In this document: in pieces, positions 9,083 to 19,585 of the stretch
Numbering within the stretch: the stretch's first letter is position 1
How the letters are laid out: the number at the start of each line of letters is the position of its first letter
Virus record (IMG/VR): IMGVR_UViG_2824987192_000002
Location: 2,950-66,949 of that record
DNA length: 64,000 bases
Source of the DNA: a virus
Lineage: Duplodnaviria > Caudoviricetes
Strand: one strand, 5' to 3'
Made by a program: the position numbers and the translations under genes
Notes under the pieces: model-generated
What the model saw: the letters and a program-made list of their open reading frames with translations, nothing else
What the model was told of the DNA's origin: nothing
The model's database searches: none

Positions 9083-12031
9083 CTACTGGCGGTTGTCACC
9101 GCTCTGCTTCTGGCTCTGCGCCGCCGAGAATGCCGACAGGTTCCGAAGCCTCGCCGCTAGCGTCAGCGCCGATCCTGTATCGGGCCGTTTCGGAGCCTTC
9201 ATCAGGAGGGCTTTCGCCAGATCAGGATTCAGCATCGCGTCTCGAATGAGATCCTCAATGTTGCGGATACCTGCCTCGCGCATAGAACCGAGAACATGGC
9301 TACCGACAACGCCAGCAGCCAAGCCCACCGGTCCAGTCGTCAGGAAGCCGGCACCACCGCCAACGATATGCGTGACGATCTTCGACAGAAGCGATTCCTT
9401 CATGCTGTGCGCAGCAATGGCCGCCGTGTCCTGGGCGGTGTTCGAGCCGCCAGGTAGTTTCGAGCTTGCGATCGACCGGTTGGCCCGTTTCAAATCCTGG
9501 GCGATGGCCCGCATCGTGTTCAATTCTTCATCGCTGAAGACCTGGCGCAGTGCGGTGAAGTTCTTGCCGAGGAAGGTCTGGAACTGGTCGGACTTGATGA
9601 GATTCCGGCCCGATGTGCCGGCTTCTGTATTGGAGATCAGCCGGTTTTCCATATGCTCGACGATAGCTTTCCGAAGGCCGGCCATTGCATCGGGATCAGC
9701 CGCCGCAGCCTTGGCAAGCGCCTTCATCTGGGCCACGGCGTCGCTGCGGTTGAAGATGGCGCCAATGGTCTTGACGACATCGGAGGGATCATCGACCTTG
9801 AGCAACTTTCCGGCGGCGGACTTCTGGTAGGAATCAAGCGCGGCTTTTCGGTCGGCTGCGGTCTGGGCAAGATGCTCTCCAGCCTTCGCTGCAGTCTCGA
9901 ACTTCGCCATAGTACCGGGCGCTGCTTCCTCAAGAGCATGGAGAGCAGGACCATGAGCCTTCTTCCATGCATCGAGAGCCTTAGGCGTGATGACGCCGTT
10001 CTCTGCCTTGTCCCGGAGGGATTGTGCCGCCATGTTGCGGATCGCATCGACGGACTCGGCGCTGTTGCCAGCGGCCTTCAGGGTAGAGCGAACCGTGTCC
10101 GCACCGGCATTCCCGGCCTTCCAGATGGAAGACGTGACGCCAGCAGAGGGCATCGTGTAGGGTTGCGTGTTGCCGGGACGCTGTAGGATTTGCGAGACAG
10201 GCTTTGCGCCATAGGTCTGCTTGCGCTCGGCGGTGGCAGCAGTGGCAGTCTTCAGGCGGCCGGCGGCTTCTTCGTCGAGGAACGGTTGTCCAGACAGATC
10301 CTCGCCGCCCGCATCATGACCAGGTCGGCTTCTTGCTTGGCTTTCTGTTCCAGATGGGCGAGAAAAGGAAGCTTGTCCGCTTCCGGCATTCCTTCCATCC
10401 CCTGTTCCAGAAGCCTCCAAGGCTCTTTCATCGTACCACTTTTGCCTCTCAGCAGCGATACGCGCCATCATCGCGTCTTCTGGCTGCAACGCCCCTGTAA
10501 CCACGGCCTGCTGCTCTTGCGCGGCCTTCTGGGCGATGCTGTCAGATATAGCGTCCTCAATCGCTCCGCGCAATTGGGTGAGCCGTGCATAAGCTGGCTG
10601 ATTTGCCTGTAATGGTGAACGCACATCCCGCATGGCCTGCGAAACCGCGCTGCGCAGGTTGATCAGCCGCTGAAATGGCAGCGTTTGCCCGTATCCCTCG
10701 ATCACGCTGGCAATGTTCTTCTCGATCGGAGCAAGACCGAGTTCGCCTTCCGGCCCAAGATCGCGATAGATGCGGCTTGCGGCCTGCTTGATGGGAGAGG
10801 CCACCGTTACGAGATTGCCTTCGGGGTCTACGGCCTTCCACAGCGACCGTTCCTGATTGCGGACATCATCTAGGCGGTTCTGGATGGCAGTTCGTGCCTG
10901 CTCCCCAAGGGTTGCCGCATCTCCGCCGCCAAGACCAGAGGCCGCATTCTTGGCCTGCGTCTCTGCGGCCTCGTGAAGGGCCTGTGTCGATTTGTCGAGA
11001 TCATCCAACTGGCTGCGGAAGAAACTGCTGACCGCCTCCGGATGGCCGGCTGCCTGTATGTCGGAAAGCGCATCAAGGCGTGCGGCGTTCTGTTCGCCTC
11101 GGATCTGCTGGAACGTCTCCGGGTTCTTGGCCGCGACGGCGCGCTCCAGCGTTCCGAGACCAGGATCGCCGGTCAACTGGAACGTGGTTGGCTCGGACCC
11201 TGCAACGAGATTGCGCGGCTGCTTGTCGATGGAGGCAATCACGTCTTCAGGATTGGACGCAGCATCCCGCAGCGCCTGCCCCGCTAGGCGTTCCCGGCCG
11301 CCTTCGGTAAGAGGCGCGACATAATCCCTTGCCCCCCTCGCCGCAGATTTAACCACCCCTGGAACTGCCGTGACGGCCTCACCCGTCAACCCGCCGACCA
11401 GACCGCCCACGAGCGATGCCAGCGGCTTGTATTTCTCGGGAACGACTTCAGCCGCTGTCTGCGATCCAGCACCGGACAGGCCACCGACAACAGCCCCGCG
11501 TGCGATATTGGCAGCCGTGCCAGCCTTACCGAAGAGGCCGCCAGGAACGGCCATGGTGACCGCGCCCTCGCCCGTCATGCGCGCGACACGCTCTTGCGGA
11601 TTCTTGGGCTCCGGCAACTGGTCGACATGCGAAAGGCGTCGGATATCATCACCAGTCGTCGGGATATACGGTTCCGGCTTCGGCTCTTCGCCATCGATCA
11701 GACCCAGCGTGCGGCCCAGAGCATGGAACGTGTTTTCCCCCGTCACCGGGTTGGAAAACGTCAGCGTGTCCATGGTGCCCTTTTCGAGCAGATCGGAAAT
11801 GCCTCCGATGGCGTTCGGGATACCGCTGAGGAGTCCGAGACCGGCCTGTTTCGCCAGACTTCCTGCGGTTGGCCGCGTGACGTGGGGCTGGTCTACAGAA
11901 TGGCCCGTATTCCCCTCTGGTTGCCCCATAGGACGCAAGGACGAGATATCCAGCCCATGAGACCCGCCAGAGGGAGACGCAGCGCTGTGGCCTCCCAGAG
12001 GCGTCAGAGAGGATGTATCCAAATCCATCAC
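9083..12031 (-). CDS. Large DNA-ejection (internal virion) protein
   Basis: 982 aa Ala/Gly-rich helical protein with hydrophobic Gly-rich stretches and SNTA motif; follows the first ejection protein. Confidence 0.75.
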   Translation of the reverse strand: MMDLDTSSLTPLGGHSAASPSGGSHGLDISSLRPMGQPEGNTGHSVDQPHVTRPTAGSLAKQAGLGLLSGIPNAIGGISDLLEKGTMDTLTFSNPVTGENTFHALGRTLGLIDGEEPKPEPYIPTTGDDIRRLSHVDQLPEPKNPQERVARMTGEGAVTMAVPGGLFGKAGTAANIARGAVVGGLSGAGSQTAAEVVPEKYKPLASLVGGLVGGLTGEAVTAVPGVVKSAARGARDYVAPLTEGGRERLAGQALRDAASNPEDVIASIDKQPRNLVAGSEPTTFQLTGDPGLGTLERAVAAKNPETFQQIRGEQNAARLDALSDIQAAGHPEAVSSFFRSQLDDLDKSTQALHEAAETQAKNAASGLGGGDAATLGEQARTAIQNRLDDVRNQERSLWKAVDPEGNLVTVASPIKQAASRIYRDLGPEGELGLAPIEKNIASVIEGYGQTLPFQRLINLRSAVSQAMRDVRSPLQANQPAYARLTQLRGAIEDAISDSIAQKAAQEQQAVVTGALQPEDAMMARIAAERQKWYDERALEASGTGDGRNAGSGQASFSRPSGTESQARSRPGHDAGGEDLSGQPFLDEEAAGRLKTATAATAERKQTYGAKPVSQILQRPGNTQPYTMPSAGVTSSIWKAGNAGADTVRSTLKAAGNSAESVDAIRNMAAQSLRDKAENGVITPKALDAWKKAHGPALHALEEAAPGTMAKFETAAKAGEHLAQTAADRKAALDSYQKSAAGKLLKVDDPSDVVKTIGAIFNRSDAVAQMKALAKAAAADPDAMAGLRKAIVEHMENRLISNTEAGTSGRNLIKSDQFQTFLGKNFTALRQVFSDEELNTMRAIAQDLKRANRSIASSKLPGGSNTAQDTAAIAAHSMKESLLSKIVTHIVGGGAGFLTTGPVGLAAGVVGSHVLGSMREAGIRNIEDLIRDAMLNPDLAKALLMKAPKRPDTGSALTLAARLRNLSAFSAAQSQKQSGDNRQ

Positions 12032-15000
12032 TTCACCATCAGCTGGCCATTGACGTTGAACATCGTGCCCTTCGGCGCATTATCGATGTCGGCTTGAGAT
12101 GTCGGAACCACCGCAAGGCTAAGGAGCGCTGCGTTGGCATATTTTTCCGGCGGATTGACTTTATTGAAATAATCATCCGCCCCAAGGATGGAGCCGCCGC
12201 TCTTGGCCGTCCAGTCCTGAAGGAACCGGTAGTAATCGAGCTTGCGCTGGTTGGCAGCCTCGATGCCAGCAATGATGCGCTGCGCACCTTCCTTGGAATT
12301 GTAGCCGCCGGGAACGGCAGACACGGCCTGATCCACAACCGAGGCCGCTTCGTTGGAGCCCAGCGTCTTGCTGAGATCGAAACCGAGACGGGTGGACAGC
12401 TTGTTCAGGTCTTCGCCAGCGGCAACGGCCGTCGCATCGATCGGTGGCTCAATGCCTAGCCCCTGAAACGCCGTGTTGATGGTCTTCGCCCACTGAACAC
12501 GGCGCTGGAACCCAGTTCCCGGTGTCGTCCATGCGGAATTGTCGATGGTCGCCAGATCGTGCTTCATCTCCTCGAGCTGCGTCTGCGCGCTGGCGGCACC
12601 TTGGTATTCGGCGCGAGCCTGCTTCAGACCATCGATCGCTTCCTGCTTTGCGATGTCCTGCCCTGCTGGCGAGAACAGGCGCCCATCCATCGGGACCGTC
12701 TGCGGCGCACGGGTGACAAACTCCTGCGGCCCTGCAACGGGCTGCGTGGGCGCCGCGGTCACCGGAGCCTGTTGTGGCACGCGATTGCCCTTGGTGGGCT
12801 CCTGTGGGGCATTCTGAGGCTGCTGGTTGCCGGATGCCACTGATGCACCGATAGCCTCATTGCTGGTCGCTTCCGGCGGCAACCCGTTCTTCTGGATATC
12901 TCCCCAGGTGGTGAGCTTCGGCGGCGCGTTCGGGTCCGTCATGTCGCGGATGATGATACCGGCCGGCGTGATCGTCTGCTGATAGCGCTTGGTCTGGTTC
13001 TCCAGTTCCAGATTGGCGGTATTGGCGGTGGTCTGCGCTATATCGGCAGCATTCTTCTGGGCTTCAAGAGCAAGCTGGCGCCCTGCGATATCGACACGCT
13101 GGCCTTCCAGCCCGAGCTGCCCCCTGCGGGTGGCGATTTCGGATTCGGCCTGCGCCTTCTCGCGGTTGATCTTCTGGGCTTCGCGCCAGGATTCAACGCC
13201 CTTGAGGCCACCCGTCCCGACATTGGTTGCGAAGTTCGGGCTGGTTCCCGCCATCATCCCGAGACCAGCCGATAGAAGCGCCATGCGCTGGTCATTGGAC
13301 AGGTGGAAGCCCTTACCGCTGAACAGATCGCCAAGGCTCGTAGAACCCTCTTCATTGGAGGCCGGAGGAATCACACCAGAGGCATCAGCGAATGTCCTTG
13401 TGGGCACCGTGGAGCCTGTCGCGCTGGTATCGACGCTCGAATCACTGGGGGCGCCGTTGAACTTGTTCGTCCAGAGTCCGGCAAACTGGCCAGCGGTCAT
13501 GCCGGCCTTACCACCGTTTTGAACCACCGCAGCGCGACCAACGATGTCGGTTGCCGGCGCATCGGGATGCGTGAGAAGGTTCAACGCTCCGGATGCGCCC
13601 TGCTGGTGGGCGAGATAGAGCTCGCCAGCAGACGGATCTCGACCAAGTCCATTCTTGAGGAAGCGATAGTTATCCTGCGCCAGACGCGCTGCGGCATTGG
13701 CGGATGCCATCGGGTCGAACGGGTTCTTGAGCCCATACTGCCCCGCCGTCGCATTGGTGAACTGGAACATGCCGCGCGACACGCCATTATTGGCGTTCGG
13801 GTTATAGGTGCTCTCCAGATAGGCCGTGCGATTGAGATACCCCTCCGGCAGACCAAACTCGGAATTGATCTTGTTGAGTGGTGCGGTCCACTTGTTGCCC
13901 TTCGCGGGTTCGGGGGCGGCAGCATTGTCATTCTGCGGCACGACACCGGCAACCGGATAGCTCTTCTTTGCCACTTCAACGGGTGGGGGAAGCGCAGGAG
14001 CTGCTTCCGGTGCCCCGGCGGCTGCGGTCGGTGCGAACGCATTCCAATCTGCAGGAGCGGTCTGAGCTGGCGGCAGAATGCCTTCGTTCAACTGCTGCCC
14101 GACAAGGCCCTTCTGTAGATCCTTCGGGGTCGTGGCGACGGGTTCCGAGGCAAAGCGGCTCGGATCGAAAGCAACTGGCGCAGGCGCGGCGTTTCCTGCA
14201 TCGAATGCAGCGATGCCCGGAGGGACAGGATCGGGAGCGACCAGATAGGGATCTACATAGCCTCCGGGAGCATAGCCGCGCACAGCCCCGCCGTCTGCGA
14301 AGCCAAAGAGATGCCCAAGCGTCGAGAAAACACCACCGTTCGCTTCAGGTGCCGGCACTGGCGGCGTGGGAGCGGCGGCAGGCGCTGCGCCGAGGCCAGC
14401 GATAATCCCGTTGGGATATTTCTCCTGAATGCTAGACGAAGCAGCCTTGATGCCCTGCTGCAGCATCTGGTCGCCCTGGTCCGGCTGATGCGATCCGCCC
14501 GAAGGTGCCTGCGGCAATGTGGATCGACCCGGCGAAATGCCGGCCGTTGCTACCTGCGGCACATATCCCATGCCGCCGTTGTCATTGGCACCGGGAGGAT
14601 TGTTGTTGTTGGCCGCCATGATGCCGGATGGGCTGGTATAGGGGATGATGCCGCCCTGTGCGAAGTGACCGCGCTCGGCTGCTTTGTCCGTTGCAGTCTT
14701 GTACTCGACGGTCTTGTAGCCATGGCTTTCACCAACGGCATCCGGGTTCCGCTTCTCGACTTCCTGCGCCATGAGGCCGATCCGTTCTGTCGGATCATCC
14801 TTGTACCGGAAGCGATAGATGTTCTGCCCATCAAAGGTTTTGCCGATCGGGACAACGCCTTCTTTGAGTCGGCGGTCGGAGAACAGCGATGCAAGCGACA
14901 GGACGCCACCAAGCACGGCACTCCCGGTGTTACCACTTGGCTGCGTGGTGGTGGTTGTCCCGCCCATTCCCGACCCAAGGCCAGAAACGATATTGGCAAG

Positions 15001-15684
15001 CCATGAAGTCGTTTCAAAGGGATACGCGAGTTTGTTCTGATACTGCTGATAGTTCCACTGCTGCTGCTGCGTACCCGCACCGACCTGTGCCGCAGCCTGA
15101 GCAAGGTTCGTCTGCATGGCAGTCGACCCGAGATTGGCATAACCCGCTGCTGCGTTCTGAGCGGCTGCCTTGTCGGATTGTGCAGCCCCAAGCGCGGTAT
15201 TGTAGCCCTGATTATAGAGACCGGCGATCGTCTGCTGGTTGGCGAGGTTCTGCTGACGGGCAAGTTCGGCCTGCGCCACGCCGACACGGTTGCCACCAAG
15301 CGCACCCATCGCCGCGGCATTACCGAGCACGCCCTGCTGCTGTTCGGCATTCTGCTCCGCCATATTCGCCATCGTGGATTTGACCACGTTGTCGAGATAC
15401 GGGCTCATATACTGGTCGACCGTGGAATAGGTCGGCGCCGTGGACGAGTTCAGGGCAGCGTTGGCGCTGTCGAAATAGCCGTTTGAGGCGCCATTGAGGC
15501 CGGCGATGGTGTTGAAGCCGGTAAGCTGGTTCTGCTCAAACCCGGAGCCCCCGACGCCGCCCGTATATGCCTGATACGGTGTCTGCGAAATGGGCGTCGC
15601 CTGAGCAATAAGGGCGTTATACGCCTTTTCGATCGACGGCGGGAGCTTTGTCTCTGTCGTCGTCTTGGAGCTTTTGCCGCCCAT
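12028..15684 (-). CDS. Ejection protein with internal peptidase S74 chaperone and lytic transglycosylase domain
   Basis: MGGKSSKTTT start; SDRRLK..IYRFRY..IGLMAQEVE (S74); AYLESTYNP..GMFQF..YLAHQQG (SLT). Confidence 0.85.
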   Translation of the reverse strand: MGGKSSKTTTETKLPPSIEKAYNALIAQATPISQTPYQAYTGGVGGSGFEQNQLTGFNTIAGLNGASNGYFDSANAALNSSTAPTYSTVDQYMSPYLDNVVKSTMANMAEQNAEQQQGVLGNAAAMGALGGNRVGVAQAELARQQNLANQQTIAGLYNQGYNTALGAAQSDKAAAQNAAAGYANLGSTAMQTNLAQAAAQVGAGTQQQQWNYQQYQNKLAYPFETTSWLANIVSGLGSGMGGTTTTTQPSGNTGSAVLGGVLSLASLFSDRRLKEGVVPIGKTFDGQNIYRFRYKDDPTERIGLMAQEVEKRNPDAVGESHGYKTVEYKTATDKAAERGHFAQGGIIPYTSPSGIMAANNNNPPGANDNGGMGYVPQVATAGISPGRSTLPQAPSGGSHQPDQGDQMLQQGIKAASSSIQEKYPNGIIAGLGAAPAAAPTPPVPAPEANGGVFSTLGHLFGFADGGAVRGYAPGGYVDPYLVAPDPVPPGIAAFDAGNAAPAPVAFDPSRFASEPVATTPKDLQKGLVGQQLNEGILPPAQTAPADWNAFAPTAAAGAPEAAPALPPPVEVAKKSYPVAGVVPQNDNAAAPEPAKGNKWTAPLNKINSEFGLPEGYLNRTAYLESTYNPNANNGVSRGMFQFTNATAGQYGLKNPFDPMASANAAARLAQDNYRFLKNGLGRDPSAGELYLAHQQGASGALNLLTHPDAPATDIVGRAAVVQNGGKAGMTAGQFAGLWTNKFNGAPSDSSVDTSATGSTVPTRTFADASGVIPPASNEEGSTSLGDLFSGKGFHLSNDQRMALLSAGLGMMAGTSPNFATNVGTGGLKGVESWREAQKINREKAQAESEIATRRGQLGLEGQRVDIAGRQLALEAQKNAADIAQTTANTANLELENQTKRYQQTITPAGIIIRDMTDPNAPPKLTTWGDIQKNGLPPEATSNEAIGASVASGNQQPQNAPQEPTKGNRVPQQAPVTAAPTQPVAGPQEFVTRAPQTVPMDGRLFSPAGQDIAKQEAIDGLKQARAEYQGAASAQTQLEEMKHDLATIDNSAWTTPGTGFQRRVQWAKTINTAFQGLGIEPPIDATAVAAGEDLNKLSTRLGFDLSKTLGSNEAASVVDQAVSAVPGGYNSKEGAQRIIAGIEAANQRKLDYYRFLQDWTAKSGGSILGADDYFNKVNPPEKYANAALLSLAVVPTSQADIDNAPKGTMFNVNGQLMVK

Positions 15685-15693
15685 TGCCTATCC

Positions 15694-16167
15694 TTACTTA
15701 TCCCATGCCGAGGGGCCGACGAGATGCCGGTTCCAGACGAAAAAGGCACCCGCCTTCTCCAATTGCTTCTCGTAAAGCCGGACCTTGGCCTCGGTCCTGT
15801 GATTACTGACGATGCCCACCATGAGAGGCAGCTTCATCTGCTCGGAAATATCCTTGGCCCAGCCGAGAAGCTTCTTGGCGTAATCGGAGCGCCGATGGTC
15901 GGGATGGACGAAGTTCCACGCCTCGTTCAGATACCAGGCGTCACTGTAATAGGGCTGCTCGATACCGAGATAGATGCTCGCCACCGGATCGCCGATATCA
16001 CCTATGACACCGATCAACGCCCCCTCCTTTCGGAAATAGCGCTGCATGTACTCGCGAACCCGCTTTTCGGAGAGCGGGAACAAGCCATTCTCGTCATGCA
16101 GGAGCGAGATCATCGAAATGATCTTGTCCTCGTCTTGCGGCACTGCGTACCGGACGGTTTCAGACAT
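15694..16167 (-). CDS. GNAT-fold acetyltransferase-like virion assembly protein
   Basis: VRYAVPQD start and FVHPDHRRSDYAKKLL motif A. Confidence 0.75.
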   Translation of the reverse strand: MSETVRYAVPQDEDKIISMISLLHDENGLFPLSEKRVREYMQRYFRKEGALIGVIGDIGDPVASIYLGIEQPYYSDAWYLNEAWNFVHPDHRRSDYAKKLLGWAKDISEQMKLPLMVGIVSNHRTEAKVRLYEKQLEKAGAFFVWNRHLVGPSAWDK

Positions 16168-16176
16168 ACAGGTTTC

Positions 16177-16641
16177 TCACTTATGGGGACCGGGTAGGGA
16201 CTTAAGGGTCTTGATAGTCTTCTTGCGGACGTGACGGACGAAGGAGTCGAGAACCTTGTGCCCCTTCTTGATGTCGCCACCGCCAAGCTTTGCGACGACT
16301 TCGGGCGGAACGACAAACTCGCCACCCGCGGCCATGATCGGCACGGCACCGCCATCCTTGCGATTGATTGCGGGCGGGGCAGACCCACCCGGAAGACTGA
16401 ACATGTTTTCGAGAACCTTATGGCCGTTCTCGGAATTTCCCTCCCCGAGGCCGGAAACAACGTCTGCCGGGATGACGAAGCTTTCAGCGGGGACATCAAT
16501 TGCGAGGTGATCGGTGCGCCCTGCCACATGCGAGCGTAAAGCCCCCACAGAGGGCGCAGGACGCGTGTAAGGCGTTGCGGCTAGTCTCATGGCTGCGCCG
16601 ATAGAATCGCCGTCAGCGCCGCTCTGTGCCGGTTTATTCAT
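16177..16641 (-). CDS. Conserved morphogenesis protein with internal duplication
   Basis: FVIPADVVSGLGEGNSENGHKVL / FVVPPEVVAKLGGGDIKKGHKVL. Confidence 0.75.
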   Translation of the reverse strand: MNKPAQSGADGDSIGAAMRLAATPYTRPAPSVGALRSHVAGRTDHLAIDVPAESFVIPADVVSGLGEGNSENGHKVLENMFSLPGGSAPPAINRKDGGAVPIMAAGGEFVVPPEVVAKLGGGDIKKGHKVLDSFVRHVRKKTIKTLKSLPGPHK

Positions 16642-16850
16642 GAGTAGTATGGAACCTTAGCCGATGTGCCGTCAGGCAACGTTACGACGATGAAACCGAC
16701 CGGGTTTGGCGGCAGAGTTGCCGCTCCGCCTGTTGCAGATGTCGCCGTGCCGCCCGTTTGAGGAAAGATGGCAGTGATTGCCAGCCGCAGGTCGTTCATC
16801 GCCCGCACGCCAAGCTGCAGCGTTGAGAGAATGCCGTCGCTATATGCCAT
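16638..16850 (-). CDS. Small tail protein
   Basis: C-term ATLPPNPVGFIVV..KVPYY resembling podovirus tail-needle-like ends. Confidence 0.6.
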   Translation of the reverse strand: MAYSDGILSTLQLGVRAMNDLRLAITAIFPQTGGTATSATGGAATLPPNPVGFIVVTLPDGTSAKVPYYS

Positions 16851-16852
16851 GA

Positions 16853-18883
16853 TTATCGTTTCCCATCAGGGGCACCCCTGTACCGAAGTCCACCCATGCG
16901 CCACCAGCCGCCCAATCCCGTTCCCTCGATCCTCATTCCGACCTCTCTGGCCCGAATGCGCGGGTTGCGGAAATTGGTCGTCGAGATCACCTGATACGGA
17001 CCTTTCGACTTTTCCGAAGAGCCGGGGTAGTCGGTGAATTTCAGAGTGACGTTGAGGGCTGCGTTCGGCGCAGCGTTGTATTTTCCGTAGGTGAAATCCG
17101 GGATCATCCAATCGATGAACGTCAGTTCCTCGCCTTGGGAAATCTGCGCATAGCCGGTCTCGAAATATTCGCCCATCGGAGCGCCGTCTGCATCATTGGC
17201 GACCTCATGCTGGTAGATGAAGCCATCGGACGTTGCGCCGATCGGTTGACCAAGCACGGATTGATCGATCCACGCCGTGCGCTGAAGACGCCCGCAATCC
17301 CAGCAATTGAGCAAAAAATTGAACTTTATGTACGAGTCCACTTCCCCCGTGCCGCCAGACTTTGACGGGAAGTACCACGCCACCTCGCCAAAGCCATTAT
17401 TGGAGGCAACATGAATCTTGTCGGCGTTATCGGTATCGAGATCCTGAAACACGAAATCCCAAACCGAACAGACGATCGGCTGCACCCCGGCGCCAGCATA
17501 TTGGAAGAACTGGTTGTTCCCCATCCAGTAGACGGTCGAGTTGATGACGCAGGCCGAATGCCTGGATATCAGCCCGCATTCCTCCGCCAGCTTGTTAAAT
17601 CCAAACACCAGCGGTGGCTGGATATACTGCATCGCCCAGACATCGACATCGGTCCAGATGAAGCCGAACTGCGGCCCTTGCAGCCCTCCGACGATCTTGG
17701 AACCGGTCGGAATGCGATAGCCACCGGCTTGCGTCAGGGCCGAGACGGTCCAGTTGGTAAAGTCGCCACTATCGGACCAGTTGATCTGCAGCGGGTCTTG
17801 AACGCCATCGATCGAGGACGCCCATGCCACCAGGATCTGCGAGGGCTCGGAAACGAAGATGCCACCGTTCACCCTTGGAGCATTCACGACCTTGGACGCG
17901 ACCGGAAAGCCGCTATCGGCAGACCATGAATAGATCGCTCCATTCGCCGGACAGGCAAGGAGAATATTGCCCCAGTTATCGAGGCTCCAGTTCGTCGCGG
18001 TGATCGGCGTGCCGCTGCTCGGGGACGGTGCGACACCTAGACCGTAGGCACCTGCCCCATAGGGACCGATACCGTATCCCGCCAATGGGTACGTCGGGGA
18101 TAGCGTGACATAATAGATGATATTGACCTGGCCGCCATTCATCGATGCCGTGGCGCCCGATGTCGCAAGCGACGAGGCATTGATCGTAAAATTGTTGGCA
18201 TCGACGACAGACCGGACGAGATAGGAGCCGGAAAGCGTGATTCCGCCAACCGTTGTTGGTACCAGAACCGGGAATGTGGTTCCGACGATTTCCCCATGAT
18301 CGGCAAGGTTGACAGTGACGGTGGCGGAATTGGCCGTGGTCGTGAATGACGGAACTGCGCCCCCGTTTGCCACAGTTGCAGTCGCAGCCGTTGCGGCCGT
18401 GATCTGGTACGAGGTCGAGGACAGCGTCAGGTCGATCTGGTATGCACCCTGCAACACAATCCCGCCGACCGATACCGGCGTTGTGATGAAGATCGAGTCC
18501 AGATTGGATGTCACGAAATTCGGGTCAACGATTGTGACCGTCGTGCTGCCTGATGTCGTCGAGAAATCCACCGCGGCATTGCTGACGAAGGTTCTCGGCG
18601 TGATGTTCTGCGCCGCATTCTGCGTGATGACGCTGAGAGACTGTTCCGCACCAACGGCAAGGTGTCTGCCCGAACTCGTGTCCTGCCAAGCGTGAAGCTC
18701 CCGGATAGCCGATCCGATCGAGGTGGCGTAATATTTCAGCCATCCGCCCAGCTTCTCCACCAGGATCATCTTGCCGGCCGCCTTGAAGCGGATGAGCTGC
18801 GACTGCTGGATGGTTGCGGCGTTCTGCGTGGCTGTCGCCTCCACATTCACGCCGGCATCAAGGGTAATCGTCTGGAGCGGCAT
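16853..18883 (-). CDS. Tail nozzle / DNA stabilisation protein
   Basis: 676 aa beta-rich; WSDSGDFTNW, CGLISRHS..VYWMG motifs; follows adaptor genes. Confidence 0.75.
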   Translation of the reverse strand: MPLQTITLDAGVNVEATATQNAATIQQSQLIRFKAAGKMILVEKLGGWLKYYATSIGSAIRELHAWQDTSSGRHLAVGAEQSLSVITQNAAQNITPRTFVSNAAVDFSTTSGSTTVTIVDPNFVTSNLDSIFITTPVSVGGIVLQGAYQIDLTLSSTSYQITAATAATATVANGGAVPSFTTTANSATVTVNLADHGEIVGTTFPVLVPTTVGGITLSGSYLVRSVVDANNFTINASSLATSGATASMNGGQVNIIYYVTLSPTYPLAGYGIGPYGAGAYGLGVAPSPSSGTPITATNWSLDNWGNILLACPANGAIYSWSADSGFPVASKVVNAPRVNGGIFVSEPSQILVAWASSIDGVQDPLQINWSDSGDFTNWTVSALTQAGGYRIPTGSKIVGGLQGPQFGFIWTDVDVWAMQYIQPPLVFGFNKLAEECGLISRHSACVINSTVYWMGNNQFFQYAGAGVQPIVCSVWDFVFQDLDTDNADKIHVASNNGFGEVAWYFPSKSGGTGEVDSYIKFNFLLNCWDCGRLQRTAWIDQSVLGQPIGATSDGFIYQHEVANDADGAPMGEYFETGYAQISQGEELTFIDWMIPDFTYGKYNAAPNAALNVTLKFTDYPGSSEKSKGPYQVISTTNFRNPRIRAREVGMRIEGTGLGGWWRMGGLRYRGAPDGKR

Positions 18884-18886
18884 GAG

Positions 18887-19585
18887 TTAGCCTCTCGAGG
18901 GCTGCGCAATGGGGGTTGGAGAAAACGAGGTCCAAGCATCCGACCACGACTTCTTGCGCAACTCTTCGATGTTCGCCGATGCCTTCAGGTTCTGGTATTG
19001 GGCCTCCCATGAAGACGACATTTGCGGGTCAGAGGACATAGCGCCGAAATTTCTCATCCAGCCCGAAACGAAGATCATGGAGGCGGCCAGAAACAGATCA
19101 TAGAGATAGGTGGTCAGGAACGTGGTTGGGTTTGTTGCCGACAACGGGTTTGGCCGGATCGTACCGTAGCTTTCCACTCCGAATGCCGCGCTCGGGGATG
19201 GACCGACAATCGCCGTCCATTGATCGACCATGGCATACATGGATGGCGTTCCAGTGGCCGTAGGATCGCCCCACAGCGCGTAGACGACTTCCTTGGACAC
19301 AGACACCAGCGGCGTGCGAGACGCCGTTGCTGGAGCTGCTCCGGCGGGAAGAAGATTGATGCCCTGAATGACGACAAATGTATTGGGCAACGTGATGTTC
19401 TGGTTGCCTGCGGTCATGACAACCGAGGTATCTCGCGTGATCGTGCTGATCAGGTCCAGTTCGCGGTAAATCCGCATCTCCGCGTAGTTGATGATGGCCG
19501 GAATGATCGTCGGAAAATCCCCGTCTGCGGGGTCCATGGCGATCATGTTTTCGAGCTGGGAGACGTATGTCGTATAGTCCGTCAT
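18887..19585 (-). CDS. Head-tail adaptor protein
   Basis: IINYAEMRIYREL, VGPSP, TTFL..YDLFLAAS motifs. Confidence 0.75.
   Translation of the reverse strand: MTDYTTYVSQLENMIAMDPADGDFPTIIPAIINYAEMRIYRELDLISTITRDTSVVMTAGNQNITLPNTFVVIQGINLLPAGAAPATASRTPLVSVSKEVVYALWGDPTATGTPSMYAMVDQWTAIVGPSPSAAFGVESYGTIRPNPLSATNPTTFLTTYLYDLFLAASMIFVSGWMRNFGAMSSDPQMSSSWEAQYQNLKASANIEELRKKSWSDAWTSFSPTPIAQPSRG

Noticed and set aside
8961-15486. Many long plus-strand ORFs across the ejection genes
   Set aside because: Antisense shadows typical of GC-rich coding DNA; no motifs or RBS
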